Shown here one piece after another: positions 13,006 through 23,394 of a stretch of 64,000 nucleotides of DNA. Where the stretch lies: NCBI RefSeq assembly GCF_002113885.1, contig NW_018406469.1:244105-308104 (forward strand). Reading direction: 5' to 3'. Source of the DNA: Mizuhopecten yessoensis (taxonomy: Eukaryota). Made by a program: the position numbers and the translations under genes. The notes under the pieces are model-generated. The model was not told the origin of the DNA and did not search any database. It saw only the letters and a list, made by a program, of their open reading frames with translations. Each line of letters starts with the position of its first letter. Position 1 is the stretch's first letter.

Positions 13006-16000
13006 ATGAGTGACAACGCACAGAAAGTTGACAACGTTGCCCCATCTTTCAGACGTAAACAAGTGTTCATCCTTGATTGTGCCTACTGTGATTCTACTAT
13101 TTGTAGACGGGCGATGAGGGCAGTGCTTTTGGCAGATTCGCAAACTGAACTTTTCTCAACTGATATTCAAGAAGAAGGGTGAGTAAAAATTAAACAAGCC
13201 AGGGAGATAAAGGTTGCGAGCGTGCACTGGCCTGGCATATGCACGTGCTGAAAAAAAAACAGACCATTGAAAAGCAGACGACATTATAATGAAATTGCAA
13301 ACAATCACAGGTACTCGTTTCTAAGTAGCCAGATTTTCCTCTTGCCCTGACACCAGACTTGGACATTTTGACAGATAGATGTCTGTTGCGGGACATCTAT
13401 CTGTCAAAATGTCTAAGTCCGGTGTCCGGGCTAGAGGAAACCCTGGCTAGTTTCTAAGTGAAACACAATTTCTGCATACATATTTTTCTCTCTCATGCAA
13501 TTTGACACAATTAGAAACGAACCCCTGTGAACATTTGTGTTAATACATTCGTGTAACAAAGGTCATTATCTTTTAATGTCACCATTAGGGATCAAACCTA
13601 GGACCTAGTTTGATCCTAGGCAGAGGCACTGCAAAAATAATGACGACATAAAGACATGAAGAATTTGGAAATACTGACAAAAATACTCAGTGTAATTCTC
13701 ATCAGCACCATCTCAAAGCATTACAAGAGGCCCAGAGGGCCTGTATCGCTCACCTGGATACCTAAGCAATCATGGCAAACTGTTCTCAAAATGAGATCAA
13801 GGGAATATGCCAGACCCCAAGGCCAATCCTTGTAGCATAGCTATATTACATTTTTCATGCCCAGCAATTTTATGTATGGTTATGGGGTGGGGATCTCAAC
13901 TGTTTCCAAGCTTTGACTCAGAAACGAGGTCCCTAGAGTTGTGGCCAGACCCCAGGATCGATTCTAATATTGTGACTGCATTTGTCTCTTTTTGCCAAGC
14001 ATTTGTATATATAGTTTTGGGGTGGGGATCTCAACCGTTTCAAAGTTATGACCCAGGGGCCAAGTCTGCAAGGGTGGGGCAGACCCTGGGATCAATTCTA
14101 ATGTCATGACTGCATTCGTCTCTTTATGCCCAACAATTGTATATATAGTTTTGGGGTGGGGATATTAACCATTTCAAAGTTATGACCCAGGGGTTAAGTC
14201 TCCAAGGGTGGGGCAGTCCCCAAGGCCAACCTGGAAGCATATGTGCAATCATCTCTTTATACTCAGCAATTGTATATATACGGTTATAGGGTGGGGCTCT
14301 CAACTGTTTCCAAGCTGTGACTAAGAAACTAGGTCCCTAGGGGTTCGGTCAGACCCCAGGGTCTATTCTGATATCATGATTGCATTCGTCTCTTTATGCC
14401 CAGCATTTGTATATATAGTTTTGGGGTGGGGATCTCAACCGTTTTAAAGTTATGGCCCAGGGACTATGTCTCCAAGGGTGGGGCCAGACCCTAGGGACAT
14501 CCTGGAAGCAAATGTGCATTCTTCTCTTTATACTCAGCAATTGTATATATGGTTATATGGTGGGGATCTCAACCATTTCCAAGTAATACATTTTATTGGC
14601 CCCACCCCTTAGCCCGGGGGGTCAGCCCCACCATTTGTACAATTTTGAATCCCTGCCTCCCATGAATACTTCCGACCAAATATGATCAATATCCATGGCA
14701 TAGTTCTGCAGAAGAAGTCATTTATAGCAATATAACCAAATTGCCCCCTTTTGGCCCCGCCCCTCAGCCCCCTGGGGGGTCAGCCCAACCGTTTGTACAA
14801 TTTTGAATCTCCACCACCTAGAGATGCTTCCAGTCAAATAAGGTTGATATCCATCACTTAGTTCCAGAGAAGAAGTCACTTAAAGCAGTATAGCCAAATA
14901 CCCTTTTTGGCCCTGCCCCTCAGCCCCCTGGGGGGTCAGCCACACCATTTGTACAATTTTAAATCCCTGCCTCCCAGGAATGCTTTTGATCAAATATGAT
15001 TGATATCCAGTGCACAGTTCTACAGAAGAAGTCGTTTGTAGCAATATAGCCAAATTGCCCCCTTTTGGCCCCGCCCCTTAGCCCCCTGGGGAGTCAGCCC
15101 CACCATTTGTACAATTTTTAATCACCATCACCTAGGGATGCTTCCAGTCAAATATGGTTGATATCCACTTCTTAGTTCCAGAGAAGAAGTCGCTTAAAGC
15201 AGTATAGCCAAATACCCTTTTTGACCCTGCCCCTCAGCCCCCTGGGGGGTCAGCCACACCATTTGTACAATTTTAAATCCCTGCCTCCCAGGAATGCTTT
15301 TGATCAAATATGATTGATATCCAGTGCACAGTTCTACAGAAGAAGTCGTTTGTAGCAATATAGCCAAATTTCCCCCTTTTGGCCCCCGCCCCTAAGCCCC
15401 CTGGGGAGTCAGCCCCACCATTTGTACAGTTTTTAATCACCACCACCTAGGGATGCTTCCAGTCAAATATGGTTGATATCCACTTCTTCGTTTCAGAGAA
15501 GAAGTTGCTTAAAGCAATATGGGCGAATTGACCCCTTTTGGCCCCGCCCCTCAGCCCCCTGGGGGGTTAGCCCCACCATTTGTACAATTTTGAATCCCCA
15601 CCACCTTGGGATGCTTCCAGTCAAATTTAGTTCAATTCCAACCAGTAGTTAAGAAGAAGAAGTCGTTTAAAGAAATTGTTGACGTACGGACGGACGAACG
15701 ACGGATGCCACGGTATGGCATAAGCTCACCTTGGTCCTTCGGACCAGGCGAGCTAATAATGTCACTGGTTAAATACCAGGCACTTCCTGGCTCAAAGAAC
15801 TTCGATTTTTGTTTCGACCAAAGGGGTTCATTACAAACGTCTTATTCTGTCTTTGCATATTTCAGAGTTATCTTCTCAAGAAGTGTGAGCAGGTATTGAT
15901 TGTTACGTCATTGGTCTGTGTGAGAAAACTACGTTGTTTTCTCAAAAATTGATGAAGTTACTCTCACAAACAAATGATGTAACAATCAATACCTGCTCAC

Positions 16001-19000
16001 AAGAGCAGATAACTCAATATGCAAAGATGGAATTCAGGGTCACATCACACCGTGTACATTTAGGTGTGTTGTGACCCATAGCAGATATGTGTATAAGACA
16101 TTTGTAACAATACCCTGTGCTTCGATTTAGCTAGTAAACCAGAGTGGATGTATTGCCTTGTTACAATAATAATAGTAGATTTTTTTCAAAATCTGCTGAG
16201 TTTTATTTATATGAAACTGTGTACCAAGCATGATTTATCTAGATATATTTACCCCCCACCACAACATGGACAGGAATATGGTTAATGCCCTGTCCACTCA
16301 TCTATCGAAAGCATTGTCCACAGCATATCTTCTACGTTGATTCACCAAACTTGGTATTATCGTACATCTTGGAAAGGGGGATTGTACAAGTGTTAGACCA
16401 ATCAAACTTGGACCGTAGATGCATCTTAGGTAGTACTTTTCAACCCATGCATCAAATGATGGATGCAGCCTACCTTTCATGGTCCATTGACTTTGTCAGC
16501 ATCTCCACCAACATAAAGATTTTTGCGCTTAAGTAAAGTTTCTGGGCCCACTTGTATAAAACATCTCAACTCTTGAGATTTCCTCAAGTCTAAGATTTCC
16601 CATAGACAATACATTGCTTGAGATTTTCCTTAACTTTGAGATGTTTTAAACAAGTGGGCCCTGATATGTGCATTGATTGTCAAATGGCTTGAATGGCTTG
16701 TTATTGTTGTAGGGAGTTATCATAACCTGTACATACATAGACTACATATGAATGCTTAGCATAAACTGGTAATGAATTGTCTTTGAAGATAAATGTTGCT
16801 TATTTGAGACAAGTTAAAAAAAACACTTACAACTTCACTCTAAATTGACATTGCCACAAGACGAACATCATGTTCAGCAGGGTAAAGGGAGACAATTCTT
16901 TGAAAAAAAGTTGATTGGTACATGTATAAAAAAAAAAGCTAACTTAGGGTGATATATATAAAATATGAAATAAAAATCCATGTTTTTCAAGCAAAAATGT
17001 TTTAAAAAAAACAAATTGCAAGTTAATGAAATGACAAAAAAATGAATAAACACTCCTTTTAAAGAGTTTGGTATGTGAAGTAGCACGTTTTTCTTAAAAA
17101 GGTTAATTATAAGTTTATAAAATAATCACTGAAAAATTGATCTATTGACTTGCATTAAAACTAAACTACAGGTTGTGCAGTATTTGTATTAATGTTACCA
17201 TATCAAATAGATAAACTGCAGGGGATGCCAAACATATGACAGATATGTCTTGTGTACCTCATTATTATTCAGTGTTGGGTACAACTAGCACTTACTACGT
17301 CCCGAATATTTTTACTGTTTAGGGCATGTATACAACAGGAAATGAGTTTCCACCCATAAAGTTCAGTTCTAAAGTATGGCTAACTATAAGTATACATGTA
17401 TCTATACCAGTGTTGGCACTATCCTTTCTTTAATATAATGTCATACTATCTATAAATCAAGAGATATCTTTAAAGTGTTTCAAATTCTTTTACTCATTGG
17501 TTTAACAATTGGTGGTTTAATTTGCAATTAATATCTAGAGATAGGGACTGGCTATATAGCTACCTGCCCCTAGTTTTTATGAAGAATTTCCCGGCTGCAT
17601 TTTACTACTAGCTTATCTCCCCTTAGTTTGAGAATCGGACATGTATGCAAGTGATCAAAATTATTAGATTTTTTTTAATAATTCAATATTCTAGAGACAG
17701 GGTCGGTCTAACCTTGCCTGCACAGTAAATAAGTAACCTGGTCTGTTTGTTAATAAGTAAATAACATTATAAAGGACATTTATTCAGAAGTTATCTGTGG
17801 AGAAAGGTAGTACTGCTTGTAGTGTTTAACAAATTTGTTCAACACTGTGACAGTTTGAACCAACAAAATAAGATCTGTTTACCATGTTGTTGTTTCAGCG
17901 CTGTGGACATGACAGACGAGAAGTTTTATACAGACAACTGTGACTGTCTCATAGAACATATGGCATGTACAGCATGGTATGTATATATATCAAAACTTTG
18001 TCGGTAACAATTTTTAGAATTTTTTCTTGGCTTTTAAAAACTATGTACTTAAGAGGAGCTTATATACTGTTTTGCACTGATTCATTCATCTCTCCTGATT
18101 AATTTGCTTATTACGCCTAGTTATAGTGCAGCCACCTTTATAAATTTATGTATACTGTCGAAAGTGGCTGGATTAATTGTAAAACAGCTGGATCACTGTG
18201 ACACTTCCAAGCAGAATTAGGCAAATCTGTTCCTCCTAAACACAGACACATGGTGGCTTTATTGACAAGGCTCAACAACATATCTTTTAAGAAAAAAATA
18301 GGAAGTACATCAAGTCACCTGTATCATTTTAGTGATCGACTTGGGGCACATAAATAAAGCCTGTTATCTCCTCCATTTTCATTATTTGGTTTCTTCAACA
18401 CATTCCAACAGTTCCATATTTAGAAATGCAGCTTTCTCCCTCTACTGTTTAGTCTACTGACTTTACCTCTCTGACTTACATGGTGTTTACAATTTTATTA
18501 TTGCATCAGTTTCGTGCGATTCAGTGGTAACAATTTTGTTGAGTAACATACATTTTCTATCCGATTCGGTGGTAATGTTGTTGGGTCACATACATTTTCT
18601 ATCCGATTCAGTGGTAATGTTGTTGGGTAACTTACATTTTCTATCCGATTCATTGGTAATGTTGTTGGGTAACATACATTTTCTATCCGATTCAGTGGTA
18701 ATGTTGTTGGGTAACATACATTCTCTATCCGATTCAGTGGTAATGTTGTTGAGTAACATACATTTTCTATCCAATTCAGTGGTAATGTTGTTGAGTAACA
18801 TACATTTTCTATCCAATTCAGTGGTAATGTTGTTGGGTAACATACATTTTCTATCCTATTCAGTGGTAATGTTGTTGGGTAACATACATTTGCTATCCGA
18901 TTCAGTGGTAATGTTGTTGGGTAACATTCATTTTCTATCCGATTCAGTGGTAATGTTGTTGGGTAACATCCATTTTCTATCCGATTCAGTGGTAATGTTG

Positions 19001-20522
19001 TTGGGTAACATCCATTTTCTATCCGATTCAGTGGTAATGTTGTTGAGTAACATACATTTTCTATCCAATTCAGTGGTAATGTTGTTGAGTAACATACATT
19101 TTCTATCCAATTCAGTGGTAATGTTGTTGAGTAACATACATTTTCTATCCAATTCAGTGGTAATGTTGTTGGGTAACATACATTTTCTATCCTATTCAGT
19201 GGTAATGTTGTTGGGTAACATACATTTGCTATCCGATTCAGTGGTAATGTTGTTGGGTAACATCCATTTTCTATCCGATTCAGTGGTAATGTTGTTGGGT
19301 ACCATACATTTTCTATCCGATTCAGTGGTAATGTTGTTAGGTAACATACATTTTCTTTCCGATTCAGTGGTAATGTTGTTGGGTAACATACATTTGCTAT
19401 CCGATTCAGTGGTAATGTTGTTGGGTAACATACTTTTTCTATCCGATTCAGTGGTAATGTTGTTGGGTACCATACATTTTCTATCCGATTCAGTGGTAAT
19501 GTTGTGTAACATACATTTTCTATCCGATTCAGTGGTAATGTTGTTGGGTACCATATTCGGATGCCCTGTATAAAGTGCATCAAGTCCTGTAACAACGGCC
19601 ACATGTGGATGTTCTACAGACACGCCATCACACCCAAGGACAGACTCAACACACAAGGTCAGTATTGATAAACCAACCATATCAAACAACTTCACCAAAT
19701 CTCTCATACATAACCGTCACTTCACAATGTTTCCTACATGCTACTCTGTATACATGTCTGACCAGATCAATTGTTTGTACATGTATTTGTTAGGATACAG
19801 TCTCAAGATGACGAACTGTAAAGGTGTTTTTTTTTGTGAGGTTCTAATTATTCAAAACTTTTGCGGAAATATTTTTTTCCACAAAAAACTACAATAAATA
19901 GGAAATTACTCCATCTTCATCATAGTTCATTGTGCCATGGCCACTAGACTTGGAGGCTGTTAAATAGGTCATGCGAAATTGATCATTTTTCACAACTCTG
20001 TGAAAATTAAGCACCACTAAAAAAGGACTTTTACAGTGCAGTTGACAACTACATGTGCTTGCGATTGTTGATGAATATATACATATATATAGTCTTGAAA
20101 TTCTCTTTATTTGTATATCAATAATAATGTGTCTCCTTCCATCCCACTTATACTTGATTTTTAAGCATTCAATGAATTTTGAGTAAGTACTGTTTTGCAA
20201 ATGGAATTATGCTAAAACAACAAAGTGAAATAATATTTAAAATATGGTTGTAACTTTGACCTTATCAAACATGTTAATTAGAAAGTGTACTAAGGTACGG
20301 TGAAACACATACAAAAATAAGTAGTACTGCCATATATATATATATGTAGGAAGTTTAGAAAGAACGTGAATGTTCAAAATACTGTCAAAAAGTTTGAGTT
20401 GTGGGGTGACACTTACTCTTTGCTATTCTTATACAGGGGAGAAGGTGATGGTGTGGGGTGACATTCCCACTGAGCACCACGACCATGCTGCTGGGATGCT
20501 GCAGGATGAGTGTTGTCGCTAG
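13006..20522 (+). CDS. FAM72: FAM72 family protein, 153 aa, 4 exons: 13006-13178, 17899-17976, 19533-19657, 20437-20522
   Basis: Spliced translation is MSDNAQKVDNVAPSFRRKQVFILDCAYCDSTICRRAMRAVLLADSQTELFSTDIQEEGAVDMTDEKFYTDNCDCLIEHMACTACGNVVGYHIRMPCIKCIKSCNNGHMWMFYRHAITPKDRLNTQGEKVMVWGDIPTEHHDHAAGMLQDECCR*. It matches FAM72A motifs (RGMKAVLLAD, LFSTD, CGNIVGYH, SCNNGHFWMF, LLWGNLP, ECIR*). All introns are GT-AG and phases are 2, 2, 1. Confidence 0.96.
13326..13449. mobile_element. 124-bp fold-back MITE with 9-bp target-site duplication
   Basis: Near-complete palindrome tagccag...gacattttgacagatagatgtc / gacatctatctgtcaaaatgtc...ctggcta, flanked by gtttctaag at 13317-13325 and 13450-13458. Confidence 0.85.
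13723..15756. mobile_element. Non-autonomous Helentron/Helitron-type element (HINE-like) carrying internal tandem repeats
   Basis: One end is acaagaggcccagagggcctgtatcgctcacctg. The other end is a gacg/gacgg microsatellite followed by the hairpin agctcaccttggtccttcggaccaggcgagct. Internal arrays are about 120-bp-type units (13800-14585) and about 180-bp units (14590-15660). This architecture is typical of bivalve Helentron-associated elements. Confidence 0.8.
15831..16107. mobile_element. MITE with long imperfect inverted repeats
   Basis: Termini ttacaaacgtctta / taagacatttgtaa. Internal inverted match gtgagcaggtattgattgttac / gtaacaatcaatacctgctcac. Confidence 0.75.
16545..16660. mobile_element. 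116-bp MITE flanked by CTG direct repeats (Harbinger-like)
   Basis: TIRs ggcccacttgtataaaacatctcaa / ttgagatgttttaaacaagtgggcc, with ctg on both sides. Confidence 0.75.
18519..19555 (+). repeat. 42-bp tandem array (about 25 copies) made of the FAM72 intron 2 / exon 3 acceptor junction
   Basis: Unit cattttctatccgattcag|tggtaatgttgttgggtaacata. The last copy runs into the real exon 3. Confidence 0.95.
19815..20038. mobile_element. Degenerate actgta...tacagt MITE (Tc1/mariner-like)
   Basis: Termini actgtaaa / tttacagt with degenerate internal inverted tttt/aaaa blocks. Confidence 0.45.
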
Positions 20523-21130
20523 GTTACCACTAGAGGAGTTGTAACTAGGAAACCTCAGGATGAGTGTTGTCGCTAGAGAACTATGGGTCAAATGTTTTCT
20601 TTAAGGAACCACAGGATGGGTGTTGTCACTAGGAAACCTCAGGATGAGTTGTAACTAGAAAACCTCAGGACAAGTTGTAACTAGGAAACCTCAGGATGAG
20701 TGTTGTCGCTAGAGAACTATGGGTCAAGTGTTTTCTTTAAGGAACCACAGGATGGGTGTTGTCACTAGGTTACCACAGGAGGAGTTGTCACAAGGGAACC
20801 TCAGGACAAATTGCAACCTCAGGATGAATGTTGTCGCTAGAGAACTATGGATCAAGTGCTTTCTCTAAGGAACCACATGAGGAGTATTGTCGCTAGGAAA
20901 CCTCAGGACAAGTTGTTACCACAGGACAGAACCTCAGAATTAGTGTTGTAACATGGTAACTACAGGATGAGTGTTGTCGCTAGGTAACCACAGGACAAGT
21001 TGTCATAAGGGAACCTCAGGATGTGTTGTCACCAGGTAACCACTGGATGAGTTATCATTAGGGAACCTCAGGATGACTTTTGTAGCTAGGGAACCTCAGG
21101 ATGACTGTTGTGGCTAGGTAACCAGAAGAT
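20502..21130 (+). repeat. Irregular repeat array derived from the last FAM72 codons and stop, in the 3' UTR
   Basis: caggatgagtgttgtcgctag (QDECCR*) recurs exactly at about 20556, 20692 and 20963, with many diverged copies in between. Confidence 0.85.
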
Positions 21131-22461
21131 AAGGTTCGTCACTTGGAAACCACTGTGTTACCTCCAGACAACTCTGATGAACAGTTCGAGTCTGGACACT
21201 CGAATCAGTAAAGGTGAACTAACTGGATCCCAACTCTAAGTTACAGATGGTGATCACAATTCAGACTGCTGATTGAACGAAAGTGCTTTTAACAAAGGAT
21301 TTTTCCTGTTATATACCGATATCAGCTATTTGTTGGACTGCCTCTAGTTCTATTTAGAACAAACTACAAAATTTTGTGATAAGTTGGAGGCTGGTCTAAT
21401 AACACTTTTATTTTTCACATGTTTTTCCTGCTAGTTCTATTTATTTTGTTGTTTTTCATAATGTGTTACATTAAGTCATCAGGTCAGGCAAAAGAGGCCA
21501 GGCAAAAACTTAATCAGACTATGATGACACGAGGTACTTTTCCGGTGACATTTATTTACAATTCTACATCTTTATTTCATAGTAATGAGCACAGCGAATG
21601 AGCTCCAGAGTCATGTGAAAAATAAACTCACTAATACGTAGTTTTGTCAGATCTTGATGCAGAGGAAACACTTGCATTGTGTAGTGTTAAGGAACTTTTA
21701 ACTTATTACATTGAGAGTAAAATGTATTTTTGTTAAAATTACAGCATTCATAGCTTAAAAATATGTTTGTATACTGAACTACACTTGTACTGGCATAATA
21801 TATATAAACTGAATTTTATTATAGTAAAAGCAAGTCTGTAGGTGTGTGATGATACTTTCCAATGACTTGAGTTACCTCCCCTAATTTGTGTTGTAAATAT
21901 TAGCTCCTAAGGACATTTTTTTGGATAAATTCAGTGTTTGCTTAAAAAAATATTATGCCATAAATATGTAAAATTGCATTTTTACTGACAATAAGTCTGT
22001 ACTATGTATTATGCCAAAGCCCTTTTTACTGTATCAATGTTAACAAAAAGATCCAGATGACCCAAGAATCTGTTGTGTCTATGGGCAAAATGTATTACAA
22101 TGTTTTACGCTCACGTGATAACGTCTGAAAGTGTGATTTCATATTAAGTGTGATTGTAGAAAACATGTTTACAAGGCCTCAACTAGTTCTTTCTAAATCA
22201 TTTTTAAGGACTGATCTTTGTTGTTTGTGTATGAATGGTAGACAGAATACATGTACTACTATTTTCATTTTTTGTTTGTGTGTGCATTGGTGTTTGTTGT
22301 GTCGGGTGTTCATTAATATGAGAATTTTTAGCCTGTTTTGTACCCTTGTAAACAAAAATACTTGATGCTGTAATTGTTGTATAACATTTCTGTGCTACTG
22401 TTAGTTTACAAATACAAGCAAGAGTTGATATAAAGATTTTGGAATGAGTTCCAATATATTG

Positions 22462-22533
22462 TTTATTGAAAATAAATTATTACAAAAAGTATTTTTATTG
22501 GAGTTTTGATGTTACAAAATATTTAAAAATAAA
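22462..22533. terminator. Clustered candidate polyadenylation signals for convergent FAM72 (+) and CFAP54 (-)
   Basis: AATAAA on + at 22471 and 22528; AATAAA on - at 22462-22467 and 22494-22499. Base composition switches from T/G-rich to A/C-rich across this point. Confidence 0.5.
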
Positions 22534-23394
22534 ATAATTCTAAACATTTGATAGTCGATACATTATGAATACTTGACAGTGGTATACAGTATTTAAGTAG
22601 CTCATAAACAAGAGCGTTAACTGTATTCTAGGGTCCTGTTGGTTTGCCTAGCAATGTACCAAAACTGTATCATACATTCAAACTTTAGCGCTAACGGTCC
22701 GGTCCATAAATGCCCAAGCCGTGACAACATGTCTAGCTGGTTGTTAAGGATTAACTCGAGACATGTATACAACATATAGCTTAGAGCACTGGGTATCCTG
22801 CCTTATAAAAGATCATAATATTTATAGCAGCCCCTTTGACGGGTAGTTTAAGTTCTCCAGTACTATTAATCAGCTATCAATGGACGGAATACATTTAACA
22901 AATACATTTACACTTCAATTCAATAATATCTTTTTAACAGCATAAAAACCTACATCATCATAAAATACATATTAATAGGATAATGACCATATATATATAC
23001 AAATCAATGGAATAAAACAATATTCATAACTTAACTTTTTTCTATCACAGATTTCAACATCTTGTATCATCTTTCTTATATAGATATGCAATACTGTAGA
23101 AAAGATGCAAATCACACAAAAGGCAGTAGTATAGTGGATGGATATCAATTAATGGAAGCAAAGCAATCTTTTCATAGTCTTTCTATCACAGTTTTAAATC
23201 ATTAATGTAGTTCAATAATATCACAATTTTGGAAAGTTCTAAGCACAAATGACAGAATTCAATCACAGTAACATGTAGGGAACGACCTTCAGTATTCATT
23301 GAAAAATGTCCCCAGGACTTGATGACACTGAACAGCCACTGGACCACTGAGTCTTGATAATCTTCAGTCATCAATGGAAGGTCACTATAACGTC

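Noticed and set aside
18498-19707. ORFs of 368, 349 and 171 aa on both strands
   Set aside because: Products of a 42-bp (multiple of 3) tandem array. The real coding frame is FAM72 exon 3, starting at 19533.
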